Shown: positions 23,900 to 36,903, numbered from the whole stretch's first letter. The stretch is 59,726 nucleotides of DNA, filler included, from Squatina squatina (GCA_031763465.1; 3 parts of 3 records of this genome joined end to end with filler, not necessarily neighbours in it), one strand, 5' to 3'. Notes: generated by a model not told the origin, from the letters alone. Numbers and translations: made by a program.

Positions 23900-25205
23900 T
23901 CTCAGTGCAACTTCCCCTTTCCAAATCTATAACCCTTCAGATAATAATCTCCCTTCCTGTTTTGCCACTAATATGGATAACCTCACATTTAACCATGTCA
24001 TCCCTCATCTGTCATGCATTTGCCCACTCTCTCAAACTATCAAAATATCTTTGGAGCCCACCTGCATCTTCCTGACAGCTCACAATACCACCCAGCTTTC
24101 TGTTGTGTGCAAAATTGGAGATGTTTCATTTACTTCCTTCATCGAAGTCATTGATATATATCTATAATGAATAGCTGGGAAACAAGCAATTATCCCTGTG
24201 ATAGTCCACATGTCACTGCCTGTCACTCGGAAAAATAACCATTTACTCCTACACTCTGTTTCGTGTCTGCCATCCAGTTCTCTATCTTTGCAAGTACATT
24301 ACCTCTGATCCAATATACTTTAAATGCAAACGAATTTCTTATTTGGGACCTTATCAAAAGATTTATGGAAATAATAATACATCACATCCACTGGTTCTCC
24401 ATTATCTACTCTACCTGTTGCATTCTGAAAAAAATCCTGCAAGTGTGTGAAGCATGATTTCCGTTTAATTAATCAATGCTGACTTTTCCGATTCCGTCGA
24501 TGCTTTCCAAATGCACTGCTATTGCATCTTTTATAATGGACTCTAGCATTTTCCCCACTACTGACGTGAGGCTAACAAATCTATAATTCCCTCTTTTCTT
24601 TCTCCCTCCTTTTTTAAATAGATTGGTTATATTATTCACCATCCAATCTGTAGGAACTGTTCCAGAATCAGTATAATGCTGGACGATGACCNNNNNNNNN
24701 NTTTGGGGGTCTGTCGGCATTTAGGCCCATCAATTTCCCCAGCTCCATTTCCCTACTGATAGTGATTTCTTTCAGTTCCTCCATTTCACTGGACTCTGTT
24801 TTCTCCAGCATTTCTGGGAGATTATGTGTGTCCTCCTTTGTGAAGACAGAAACAAAGTATTTTGTTCTGCCACATCTTTTTTCCCAGTATAATTTCCCCC
24901 GTGTCTTAATGTCGTGGCCTACATTTGTCTTCACTAATCGTCTTCTCTTCACATATTTATGGAAGCTTTTGTAGTCAGTTTTAATGTTCTCTGCAATTTT
25001 ACTCTCATATTCTATTTTCCCCTTCTTAATCATTTTTTTCCTCCTTTGCTGAATTCCACTCTGCTCCCATTCCTCAGGTTTGCTGCTTTTTCGGTATATC
25101 CCATATTTCTTCTAGTTGGATTTAATACTTTCTCTAATTCCTTGTGTAAGCCATGGTGGAGCCACCTTTCTTGTTTTAATTTTGCGCCAGGCAGGAATGA
25201 AAATT
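23900..25205 (-). mobile_element. CR1 LINE ORF2 (RT region), decayed
   Basis: VPTDWMVNNITNLFKKGGRKKRGNYRFVSLTSVVGKMLESIIKD; YFVSVFTKED. Confidence 0.92.
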
Positions 25206-26280
25206 TTTTGTAGTTCTTCGAGACAACTACAGATATAAACTGGGCGATGGAGGAACGAAAGCGATTATCACATATAAATCACTTGATAATACTTTTTAAA
25301 CTCCTATTGTGATCAGCCTGGAATGAGGGAGGGCAAACGAGTAGGTCCTCAGCAGATGAAGCAGACGGGCCAGTTAATGTCTATTCTGGGGAAAGAAAAT
25401 TTTGGATTTAATTTTGACAGTCCTAATGGCAGTGTATGTTNNNNNNNNNNNNNNNNNNNNNNNNNNNNNNNNNNNNNNNNNNNNNNNNNNNNNNNNNNNN
25501 NNNNNNNNNNNNNNNNNNNNNNNNNNNNNNNNNNNNNNNNCTCCATCGCTTTGTCTGCGCAAGTTCCAGTGCAGTTCAAAGGCCATAGTAAAGCAGGTCC
25601 TCCTTTTCTCTGATCTGTGTTACTGTGTTTTCAGCCTTGGATGCTTGATAATCAAGTTTCTTGCATATTTTACTGAAATGAGGCTTGGGTTGCATCAGAG
25701 CATCGTATGGAGTGTAATTAATTTTGCAGCACCTCAGTCTTGGCTATGGGAAAGGTCATTACCGAAGGGGATACAGACACCAATAAATATTCTGAATAAT
25801 CATTGATCATTGCTGGTGACAGGAAAACAAGCTCAGGCAATTCCTTCTCCATGGATCACTGACTCCAATTCTGAACTTTTCTGACACCGCAGAGATCCTG
25901 TATGGTGCACAGATTGCAGCTGGAGCCATGAACTATTCAGAACAATAATGAGCCTTCAAACACTTTATTTATTGTATTTGTTATGTGTTCAGTAAAGTGT
26001 GAACTTATGAAATGAGTTGGAAAGGGGGAAATGGACAGTGCAACTAGAGTGTCTAGTTTCTATCCTACACTTTCCTGCTTGATCGGAGTTATTAAAGCCA
26101 AAACGAACATTAAAGCCCAGTGTTGATTGCACACTTTCAAACATGTTCAGACAGTAGAAAACAGGCTGTCGGGAACAGTANNNNNNNNNNNNNNNNNNNN
26201 NNNNNNNNNNNNNNNNNNNNNNNNNNNNNNNNNNNNNNNNNNNNNNNNNNNNNNNNNNNNNNNNNNNNNNNNNNNNNNNN

Positions 26281-27010
26281 AGCAAGCTCACACTCACATC
26301 TCACAGCTTGCACATACTGACAGCTATTCAACCATGACAGCCACATCACCCAAACAGATTGTATGATCCTCACTGACACACTTCCCTCTCCCTTGCAGGA
26401 CACGATGGTGCACATCTGGAGGGGGATAGGCACACCTGCATGTCTGAACCCTCATGGAGGAGACGGGGGTTGTCATTATTAGAACCACCATTGCTGAGGC
26501 CGTGGCAGGGCTAAAACCACAGAAAATGATGGTATCCTCATACCTAACCCTCCTTCTCTCATCCCATTTCCCCCTTATCCCACAATCTCTTCTGATTTAC
26601 AAGCTGTAGATGGTGTAAGCATGCCCCTTTTGCTTTCCCCCCTCCGTCTCACCACGAACTTATCCTTGTGCCTTTCTCCTTTCAGATATACAAGAATGCT
26701 AAACTGGCCAGGCAGTGGTGGAAGTGCAACAAGACTGTGATGATGAAGACGCAGCATCATTCAATTTCACACTCGCAGACATCAGCTCAGATACTGACAC
26801 TGTGCGTAATTTAGAAGATAGCTTATAAGCGGGATTTATACGAGATGAGACACAGGGCACAAGTGGCCTGCATCCAGGGCAGGGGGCAAACATAGCACAG
26901 ATGCTAGCTCACTGGAAGGTGTGGCCACATAGGAGTTATGCTGCAGAGGNNNNNNNNNNGAGGACTCAGATGAGCACTTCAATGTGGCAGACTACAGAAG
27001 AAGGCTGATG
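26281..27010 (+). mobile_element. Decayed Harbinger-like element, downstream exons of the Myb/SANT-like gene
   Basis: Exon-like blocks after cttgcag and tttcag acceptors: GGG*AHLHV*TLMEET and acidic DCDDEDAASFNFTLADISSDTDTVRNLED; second copy at 29650-29752. Confidence 0.55.
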
Positions 27011-27453
27011 GGTGTAAGAATCAGGCCAAAATCCATAGTTTAGAATCATAAAACCAGAAACCAGCACAGCAAGAACCAAACTAGTGGTTCAAGGACTGAA
27101 TTTAAAACACAGAAGCAGAGCTAGCAATCTGGGGGTTTCTGGAGATGCAACCTGAGCTAAGACCTAGCTGTACAAAATCAAAAGGCTCTTGTTATGCTAA
27201 TTGGTCCTCCCCCAGTCAAACGTGGCTGGGAGCAGTTTATTTACAGTCTGAAAGATCAGGAAGACAATTTTAAATTTGATTAAAACTCAGGACAGTACAG
27301 ACAGTGGAGACCCAGATAAGGAAGAACTCAATCATGCATTTCCATAACCAAAANNNNNNNNNNNNNNNNNNNNNNNNNNNNNNNNNNNNNNNNNNNNNNN
27401 NNNNNNNNNNNNNNNNNNNNNNNNNNNNNNNNNNNNNNNNNNNNNNNNNNNNN

Positions 27454-27615
27454 GATGGTACACACTGCAGACACGGTGCACTGATGGTGGAGGGATTGAA
27501 TGTTTAAGGTGGTTGATGGGGTGCCAATCAAGCGGGCTGCTTTGTCCTGGATGTGTCGAGCTTCATGAGTGTTGTTGGAGCTGCACTCATCCAGGCAAGT
27601 GGACAGTATTCCATC
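27454..27615 (-). mobile_element. Non-LTR retrotransposon (Crack/L2-related) RT C-terminal fragment
   Basis: MEYCPLAWMSAAPTTLMKLDT / IGTPSTTLNIQSLHHQCTVSAVCTI across a frameshift. Confidence 0.75.
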
Positions 27616-28838
27616 CCATCACTTAACACATGTATTGATAAGATTTTGCCACAATCATGTCCGTAAATAGGTTCAATCACAATCAGCTTGTCTGAACTAG
27701 CCAGGATCACTGTGATGTGTATTAGAACTTGCAACCTGGGAGCAGTAGTTGCTATGGTGATAATATCCCCACTAATATTCGTAGCAGCAAGATGTGAAAG
27801 GAAAGGGCCCTCCATGACTCATTCCATTTGTTACACTTGACTTCATAGGTTACGGAGAGGAAATAATGCACAGCTGGCCTGGGATTATCCTTCATGTCAT
27901 TTTGTCCCTCCAGTGTAGCCAGATTCAACAAATGAGCTTGTCAGCGTTATTTTTAATAGGTACACTTTTGTTCAAATAGAACTACAAGTATATGTCTTAC
28001 ATGCATGTATGTTAAATATGTGACTTTGTGAGAAGAATGTGCAAATATAATGTACATTTTAAAAAGAAGATGTGATGTAACAAACACAAGTCAGATTGTA
28101 TCCACTGGCAGCCCAACAGCTCAGTGTAACTGAATATTGGTTCTTTGTAACAAATGTTTCACTGACAAAATGGATACTTTAATCAGAACATGCTGCTGAT
28201 AACCAATCTGCTCAATGTGCTTTTGTAGGTCATTGCGAAATCATTTTATTGAAGAATGTCACTAAATTCACTATGTCTGGCACCTGGCCTCATGAATCCC
28301 ACTGCAGTTCTTAAATTGCTCTGTCACTTTATATATTTTGTTAAATCACATTCATAGTAAACAAAAAATCAGATTGAATATAGATAGTAGATCATAAATA
28401 ATCATGATTAATATAAGAAGCAACATTTTTACTTTAAGAACATTTAATAAGCCTATTTGTATGTAAATTATTAAAATGCAAATGCTGTTTTTATGCCTGT
28501 TTTGTAATTACCCGAACTAATCACACAACCCACAATGCATTTTTGCTTGTTTTGAAGGAGGTTCCTTGCACATAAATCAGGCTGGTATAAGTGTCTACAG
28601 GACTGCGCTGGAAATAGAGCCTAAGAGCTAAGGAAGGATGTTGTTAAGTTGTACATAATATCAAACTCAACAAAATAACCACTCTCTTTTTCAAACTGCT
28701 AGTAACTTTGATGAATTTATTCAAGAGCGTTCATACTGCGCAGTCAGGGTTACACAAGAATAACGTAGGGTGGAAGCATTTTATTGAGCATGCAATGATA
28801 CCACTATATTGCTGGTCTAGGAAAGGTTAAGTTTCACT

Positions 28839-29420
28839 GGGGGTGAAATTGGGTTAGGCCTGAAAATGGGCGTGGGGGTCGCAATGAGCAATCGGCCTGC
28901 ACCCATTGAAAGGAGTGCAGGCAGCAGGTAAAATTTGTGCTGCCTGCTAATTATAATGATAGCAGAGCACAGCCCCGCGCTGAACGCACTGCTGATTGGC
29001 TGTGCGCTCAGCAGGGGGCCGAAGTTCATGATGTTTCCACGAGGCTAGCTTTACTTAAAGGCCTCTAAAAGGCAGCTGCACCTCTGAAAAATGAACTGCC
29101 TTCTGATGATCAAAAGTTTTAAAACTGCTTCAGCACAAACCAAAATGGCTCAACACTCCAGAGGAAAGGGAACTCAGGTTCTCGGACACAGCACTTGAAG
29201 CCTTTTTGCAGGGATGAGCACTCGAAGAGAGATCCTTTACCCAGAGAGGGCCAGAAGGCCCTCCAGAAAGAAGGATCTGGGACCAGATCACCGAGGCGGT
29301 CACTGATAGCAGAGTTGTCCCCAGGACGTGGCTCCAGTGCCCAAAAACATTTCATGACCTCAGACGAGTGGTCTAAGTCAGTGAATGCATCTTGTAAGAA
29401 ATCATGGATGGTTTTGTAAA
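28839..29420 (+). mobile_element. Decayed PIF/Harbinger-like transposon 5' end with Myb/SANT-like pseudo-exon
   Basis: GGGGGTGAAATT terminus; ATG at 29145; frameshifted RFSDTALEAFLQ / STRREILYPERARRPSR / WDQITEAVTDSRVVPRTWLQCPKTFHDLRRVV trihelix signature; donor-like gtcagt at 29377. Confidence 0.75.
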
Positions 29421-29649
29421 AAGTCATGGGTTCCCAAGCTCAGCAGTTTGCTTAAGTTGATGACACAGAAGGATTCCAATCACATCAGATAAGGAATTGT
29501 ACTGAGAGCTGAGTTACAAGGTCATAATGCAAAAACAGGACTTGATAAGAGGTCTAGCAAGGAACCTTGAGATAAACAAACTGTCCAAGAGAAGTTGTGA
29601 TCTCATGGGACGGGGAAAGGTTTTTCATCTGACAATTGAGATAAAGAAC

Positions 29650-29752
29650 TCGCCATACCAGCTCAGATAGTGACACGCAGCGTACTTTAGAGGATAGGCT
29701 GGATGCGGGATCTGCACGTGGTGAGACACTGGGCACGAATGGGCTGCTGCCA
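29650..29752 (+). mobile_element. Second copy of the Harbinger-like downstream exon
   Basis: CCAGCTCAGATAGTGACACGCAGCGTACTTTAGAGGATAG aligns with TCAGCTCAGATACTGACACTGTGCGTAATTTAGAAGATAG near 26782. Confidence 0.7.
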
Positions 29753-32445
29753 GCTCATTGGAGGGCTAGGTTACCCATNNNNNNNNNNNNNNNNNNNNNN
29801 NNNNNNNNNNNNNNNNNNNNNNNNNNNNNNNNNNNNNNNNNNNNNNNNNNNNNNNNNNNNNNNNNNNNNNNNNNNNNNCCTTTCTTCGTAACAATTACCT
29901 TTATTTGCGTTTTCTCACTATTGGCTGGTAATAAGGGGCAATCTTGGTCGTGAACTGAAAATACCATTATGAGTTATGGGAACACATTACAGTTTTACAG
30001 GGATCATATTCCCTTCTATCAGATTAAATAGATAGCAAAGACATTTAAAATAGTTCAAACTGAAGCCTTCCTGTCAGCTTAGTCGGAAAATATTAAAGAG
30101 GATTTGGGTAACCCTTATGGAAAAGAAATCATAGAATATCATTTTTGGATAGTTTAGATGAGAATTCTCTCTGAAACACAAATTGCATGTTACAGTTAAT
30201 CCTTAGAGAACTGCAGAAGCATTTCTGTACCAAAGTCCAAAAATAATAAGATTACACATGGGATAATGGATGGTCTGAGGTAAATTATAGATGCATAATA
30301 CAATCGTAAGTGTATATTTTAAAAGATTTTTGGGTACTCAATGCTGATTAAAGCCTAATGCATTGGATAGAATATGACATAAGTGCAAGTATGAATGAGC
30401 TTAAATAAAAATTATAGCTCCATATCATCTAAGAGCCTCCCCCCCAAAAAAATGCTTGTAGCCATTTGCTGATTATAAGCTGTTGGATCTGCCTACTGTT
30501 GAGGTCCTTATGCTGGGCCCTGGTCTCTGATGAATAGCAATATTATTGTAGGAATAATATCCCATTTTAAAAACATTAATAGCCCTGCAGTCCTCTTGCC
30601 TTGCAACATTTTCCAAATGGCAGTACCTTGCTGCTCTAACAAGAATCACGGAAAACTTTCNNNNNNNNNNNNNNNNNNNNNNNNNNNNNNNNNNNNNNNN
30701 NNNNNNNNNNNNNNNNNNNNNNNNNNNNNNNNNNNNNNNNNNNNNNNNNNNNNNNNNNNNTTAAATAATGTAATTAATCACAGAGCCATTTGCAATTAGA
30801 CAAGAGCTCAGCCACTGATTGCAATGACAACTGGAAACAAGATTATACTTAACATGACACGAATGAAGAATATTTCCATGCCATGAATATTCTATCATTT
30901 TATGTGCACACAACATTAATGCCACAACTGTGGCCAAACCATGCATAATATTAATTTTAATATGTTAATGAATGCATAGATAATGTGTAGTATGAGCGGA
31001 CTAAAATGTGAATTATGCACACAGTCTAACAATAGTATATTTTTGGCACTGATTATAGTGGAACAATTTGGCTTTTAGGGCTCAATAATAATTGTTAATC
31101 TGTTAAATGAACCATATACTGTATAGATTGAAATTTATTGTGGTATATATATATAAAACATTTTCTTGCCCTCTGTCTGGAAGTTGTATATTTTTGTAAA
31201 ATTAATGTTGTTAGATTAAATTTAAAACATACTGCAATCTTAAATCACTGGGCCAAATTTGTTGGCAATCGATCAGGGTCAGATACAAGGACAGCTGTGG
31301 TAGTGAGCCTATTGCAACTGCACACTGCCAGGTTAATGGAAATTGATCAAGTTGGCAGGAAGATATAGCTACAGCTTTCTCAATTGGTACAATTCCAAAT
31401 ATTGTTCCTGGATACTGTTCCATAGTTTTATTAAAGGTATATATTTTTAAAAGCTAATAGGTAAAATTCTTAATTTAAAAACAGAAGTAAAATTGTATTA
31501 ATCACAATTAAACTGCTACAAACTCAACCTGGGAAGAACAGTTCCTGTAATANNNNNNNNNNNNNNNNNNNNNNNNNNNNNNNNNNNNNNNNNNNNNNNN
31601 NNNNNNNNNNNNNNNNNNNNNNNNNNNNNNNNNNNNNNNNNNNNNNNNNNNNNNNNNNNNNNNNNNNNNNNNNNNNNNNNNNNNNNNNNNNNNNNNNNNN
31701 NNNNNNNNNNNNNNNNNNNNNNNNNNNNNNNNNNNNNNNNNNNNNNNNNNNNNNNNNNNNNNNNNNNNNNNNNNNNNNNNNNNNNNNNNNNNNNNNNNNN
31801 NNNNNNNNNNNNNNNNNNNNNNNNNNNNNNNNNNNNNNNNNNNNNNNNNNNNNNNNNNNNNNNNNNNNNNNNNNNNNNNNNNNNNNNNNNNNNNNNNNNN
31901 NNNNNNNNNNNNNNNNNNNNNNNNNNNNNNNNNNNNNNNNNNNNNNNNNNNNNNNNNNNNNNNNNNNNNNNNNNNNNNNNNNNNNNNNNNNNNNNNNNNN
32001 NNNNNNNNNNNNNNNNNNNNNNNNNNNNNNNNNNNNNNNNNNNNNNNNNNNNNNNNNNNNNNNNNNNNNNNNNNNNNNNNNNNNNNNNNNNNNNNNNNNN
32101 NNNNNNNNNNNNNNNNNNNNNNNNNNNNNNNNNNNNNNNNNNNNNNNNNNNNNNNNNNNNNNNNNNNNNNNNNNNNNNNNNNNNNNNNNNNNNNNNNNNN
32201 NNNNNNNNNNNNNNNNNNNNNNNNNNNNNNNNNNNNNNNNNNNNNNNNNNNNNNNNNNNNNNNNNNNNNNNNNNNNNNNNNNNNNNNNNNNNNNNNNNNN
32301 NNNNNNNNNNNNNNNNNNNNNNNNNNNNNNNNNNNNNNNNNNNNNNNNNNNNNNNNNNNNNNNNNNNNNNNNNNNNNNNNNNNNNNNNNNNNNNNNNNNN
32401 NNNNNNNNNNNNNNNNNNNNNNNNNNNNNNNNNNNNNNNNNNNNA

Positions 32446-32810
32446 TTCTTACAGGGCCCAACAGACTCGATGCAGGGAGGATGTGTACCCGGGCTAGGAA
32501 GTCTAGAACCAGGGGTCACAGTCTCAGAATACGGGATAGGCCATTTAGGACTGAAATTAGGAGAAATTTCTTCACGCAGAGGGTAGTGTACCTGTGGAAT
32601 TCTCTACCCTAGAGGGCTGTGGAGGCCAAGTCATTGAATATATTCAAGAACAGTATAGATAGATTTCTAGATACTAAAGGCATCAAGGGATATGGGGAGA
32701 AAGTGGGAATATGGCGTTGAGTTAGAGTATCACTCATGACCACATTGAATGGTGGAGCAGGCTTGAAGGGCTGAATGGCCTACTCCTGCTCCTATTTTCT
32801 ATGTTTCTGT
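32446..32810 (+). mobile_element. CR1 LINE 3' end with tail
   Basis: AGGAGAAATTTCTTCAC...TGGAATTCTCTACC...GGCCTACTCCTGCTCCTATTTTCTATGTTTCT. Confidence 0.92.
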
Positions 32811-33113
32811 TCATAACAATAACATTCTTGGCCACATCTGCAAAGCCTGGAGCACTATTTTTCATGCCACATCTCTCAAAAAGCCATGAATCTTTCTCGT
32901 AATACCTCCATCTAAGTTCCTTATCGCCAGCAACATTTACATTGAAGGAAATAGTGAAAACTAGGTCACGTCACCTGTTTTAGTGAATCAGCTGTAACAT
33001 TCTATATTTAGCCGTATATTCTAGATATACACCTCAGAAGTCATATCATGTATTCAAGGTCCACATGATATCTTAAAAATCACCAGATTCATACCGAGTC
33101 AGGTTTTTTTCTT

Positions 33114-33280
33114 TGCCTGTTACTGATTAATGAAAAATAAGAACTGTTGAAGGAGCTGCAGTTTATAAACCCTCGTAAATGGACACACAGTGAGGTAGAG
33201 CGCCTGGAGATGGAAAGGAAGCGACTGGCAGAAGACCTTCAGGCAGCAAGGGACACACAAAGCAAAGCACTGACGGAAAG
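33114..33280 (+). pseudogene. WWC1: WWC1/KIBRA exon fragment with in-frame stop
   Basis: [55 protein letters not shown] then AG|gtttgt; matches recalled KIBRA [29 protein letters not shown]...[16 protein letters not shown]; TAA at 33138-33140. Confidence 0.75.
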
Positions 33281-33307
33281 GTTTGTGACTCACCTTACTG
33301 AGATATC

Positions 33308-33461
33308 AAAGAATCACAAATTTACAGCACAAAAGGAGGCTATTCGGCCCATTGTGTCCACGCCAGCCGACAAAGCGCTATCCAGCCTAATCCCACTTTC
33401 CAGCACTTCGTCCATATCCTTGTAGGTTACAGCACTTCAAGAACATAAGAACATAAAAAGT
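33308..33461 (-). mobile_element. CR1 3' tail fragments
   Basis: GAGGCTATTCGGCCCAT...TAATCCCACTTTCCAGCAC followed by a second tail, GAACATAAGAACATAA. Confidence 0.75.
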
Positions 33462-33599
33462 NNNNNNNNNNNNNNNNNNNNNNNNNNNNNNNNNNNNNNN
33501 NNNNNNNNNNNNNNNNNNNNNNNNNNNNNNNNNNNNNNNNNNNNNNNNNNNNNNNNNNNNNCCCGTGGTCATCTTAGGGATTCTTTAAAAACAAACACG

Positions 33600-34856
33600 C
33601 AACTCTGATAAACTCAACTATTTTATTGTCGATTTGAAATATACAGCGTAGGACTGTAAAATATAGAAACTTGTAGGCACAGATGACTTATGTACAGGCA
33701 TTTAAATAACAAGTGAAATATACTTCGATGCTTCTGAACAGAATCAATACAATTGCTTCGTTTCTATACCATAGCAAAATGCTCCAGAAAAAAAAACGTA
33801 CATTTCGGAATGGAGCATTTCGAACAGTAAGTCTGTACAAAGAACCACCCTTCCCCTCAATCAGATCAATGCTTTACGTAAATGTATTTAAACTGTTGTG
33901 AGCTTTCTTCCAACTAACATCGCAATACATTAGGCCGAATTATGTGTTGTCTTTTGCTTTTCTTTATTTGAAAGTTTTCCCCGTGTCATATTTCCTTTCT
34001 CTCGAGTATTGAGTGCGGTTTACAGAGGTACAAACGTTCCCTTTATGAAAGAAAGCATCTTGCAATTTAAAAAATCAGGTTTCTATGTATTTATGTTATT
34101 GATCGACTGATGCTATGCTAAATAAACTGGCATGTACAAGATCACTGTGCTATTTCAGTAACTTTACAGTTTAATTGTTTTCCCCACAACCCCGTCCCTC
34201 GCCTTAAGAAAAAGTGATGCTGTGATGAGAAACAGGATTGAACCTCCTGCACTGTCGGCACTGATTTCAGAATATGTTTTTATTTAAAACCTCATGCAAG
34301 GTTAATGCATTTATTATATAAATAGCTTAAATCAATAGTCTGTTATTGTGACTTTAACTATATTGATTGAAACTATTTGTCCATCGATTAAAAAAAAATC
34401 TTCCTTATTTATCATATTTTGGAATATCTGCTTGCATTATTAAGGTGCTACTTGTTGTGAATACGTCCCTATGCTTTAATAAATAAAAATAACCGTGATC
34501 CAAATGTGTGCTTTTTTTAGTTGCTCAGAACTAGAATATAAATATCCATACAATAAATATCCATGTCGCATTCAGATCATTTAAAGAAAGAACTTCACTT
34601 TATTTATTACGAATACACACCTCCTCCATTAAAGCAACCTGGCGGTTCTGTAATGGGACTCTTTTTTAAAACTTAATTTTGGCTTAATGAAAAAAGACAA
34701 TACGCTTCATCTTTGAGATAAAGCCACGTGGTGGGCCGCCGGGTCACTTTCACCCGCGCGGCTTTCTGTGCTGAGTCTGATCGGTCTTTATTTATTTGTT
34801 TATTTATTTATCTATCCGGAAGGTGTTTATTTTGTTGCTATGGGGTTGGCGACAGT
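33600..34856 (-). other. Probable DIRAS 3' UTR
   Basis: Repeat-free AT-rich stretch contiguous with the stop codon; minus-strand AATAAA candidates, e.g. 33622-33627. Confidence 0.55.
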
Positions 34857-35131
34857 TCACATAACGACACACTTCCCCTTGAGTTTCTCTGTCCTCTTTT
34901 GCTGCTTGGATTTCTTGCCGTCGATCTGCAGGCTGACGGCCCTGCGCTTCTCCAGGTTCAGCAGTTCCTGGAACAGCTCCTTGACATTGTGGTTGGTCTT
35001 GGCCGAGGTCTCCATGAAGCCGCACTTCCAGCGCTTGGCCTGGGACTCGCCGTCGCTGGCCTGCACCTCCCGCAGGGTGTCGTCGCACTTGTTGCCCACC
35101 AGCATGATGGGGATGCTCTCCACGTCCCCCT
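34857..35131 (-). CDS. DIRAS2: DIRAS-family small GTPase, 3' part (5' part lost in gap), closest to DIRAS2
   Basis: [16 protein letters not shown] (G4), FMETSAK (G5), [14 protein letters not shown], CaaX CVVM, then TGA; family certain, paralogue less so. Confidence 0.85.
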
Positions 35132-36802
35132 NNNNNNNNNNNNNNNNNNNNNNNNNNNNNNNNNNNNNNNNNNNNNNNNNNNNNNNNNNNNNNNNNNNNN
35201 NNNNNNNNNNNNNNNNNNNNNNNNNNNNNNNNNNNNNNNNNNNNNNNNNNNNNNNNNNNNNNNNNNNNNNNNNNNNNNNNNNNNNNNNNNNNNNNNNNNN
35301 NNNNNNNNNNNNNNNNNNNNNNNNNNNNNNNNNNNNNNNNNNNNNNNNNNNNNNNNNNNNNNNNNNNNNNNNNNNNNNNNNNNNNNNNNNNNNNNNNNNN
35401 NNNNNNNNNNNNNNNNNNNNNNNNNNNNNNNNNNNNNNNNNNNNNNNNNNNNNNNNNNNNNNNNNNNNNNNNNNNNNNNNNNNNNNNNNNNNNNNNNNNN
35501 NNNNNNNNNNNNNNNNNNNNNNNNNNNNNNNNNNNNNNNNNNNNNNNNNNNNNNNNNNNNNNNNNNNNNNNNNNNNNNNNNNNNNNNNNNNNNNNNNNNN
35601 NNNNNNNNNNNNNNNNNNNNNNNNNNNNNNNNNNNNNNNNNNNNNNNNNNNNNNNNNNNNNNNNNNNNNNNNNNNNNNNNNNNNNNNNNNNNNNNNNNNN
35701 NNNNNNNNNNNNNNNNNNNNNNNNNNNNNNNNNNNNNNNNNNNNNNNNNNNNNNNNNNNNNNNNNNNNNNNNNNNNNNNNNNNNNNNNNNNNNNNNNNNN
35801 NNNNNNNNNNNNNNNNNNNNNNNNNNNNNNNNNNNNNNNNNNNNNNNNNNNNNNNNNNNNNNNNNNNNNNNNNNNNNNNNNNNNNNNNNNNNNNNNNNNN
35901 NNNNNNNNNNNNNNNNNNNNNNNNNNNNNNNNNNNNNNNNNNNNNNNCCTTACGAAACAATAACATGGACTAGAATGTGCCGATCGCCTGTGTCGAGCCG
36001 CGCTGCGTTCAATTTTGAGAACTCATCGTGGCTGAAGGTTGCACAGGATCGATTGCGAAGGAGCCGGCTTCCTGCTCACTGTGAAAGGGCTGGAGGGAGT
36101 TTCTGTTTGATATTTAAGGCACCAGAGACGTGCTCTCTATACAGGGATGTGATTACGGATCTGGTTTGTTTAGAGAGCTGTGTGTGATCAGGGAGACTGG
36201 GATCTGACTATCGTCATCAATAATTTTCACTGCTACGTCTTTCCGACGGTCTTCAGAATGGTGCATCCAGGGTCGTGAATCTGTTGAGTCTGAGCCAGGG
36301 CTGCTTAATAAATCTTCCTCGGATGGGAGCGATGGAGCGCAGCACGTTCAAATCCGCACCGTCAGCACTAAAAATAAACTCTTCCATTCAACACTGAATG
36401 GTACGCGATACCAGAGTGTTTGGCCAACACAAAATATTGCTTTTGTCTAATTGGCCAAACATTGCAAATAATATTTTTAAAAAGCTGCAATAGAAATTAA
36501 GCAATGGGGCGCGGGAGGGGCGGGGGCTGCGTCTACCGGGAATCTGAAACGAAAACAGAAAATGCTAGATATAGGCAGTCAACATCTGACTAAGAAACCA
36601 CACGTTGTTTCCAGCTCCCCAATCGTTAACCTACCCTTTCCCCTTTAGATGATGCCAGACCTGCTCAGNNNNNNNNNNNNNNNNNNNNNNNNNNNNNNNN
36701 NNNNNNNNNNNNNNNNNNNNNNNNNNNNNNNNNNNNNNNNNNNNNNNNNNNNNNNNNNNNNNNNNNNNTTGACCTTGATCATGATCGAGTGAGTGTCAAT
36801 GT

Positions 36803-36903
36803 TTGTCCCATCACCTGGATCAGGTGAGAATGGGTGATGAATCATATTAAAACGGGTGTTAACTGTTGTCCCATCACCTGGATCAGGTGAGAATGGGTGA
36901 TGA
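36803..36903. repeat. Exact 38-bp direct repeat with internal hairpin and 25-bp spacer
   Basis: TTGTCCCATCACCTGGATCAGGTGAGAATGGGTGATGA at 36803-36840 and 36866-36903. Confidence 0.95.

Noticed and set aside
34728-35131. Plus-strand ORFs over the DIRAS gene
   Set aside because: Antisense shadows of a coding sequence with high GC at third positions
36803-36903. CRISPR array
   Set aside because: Only two repeats, no cas genes, and a vertebrate context
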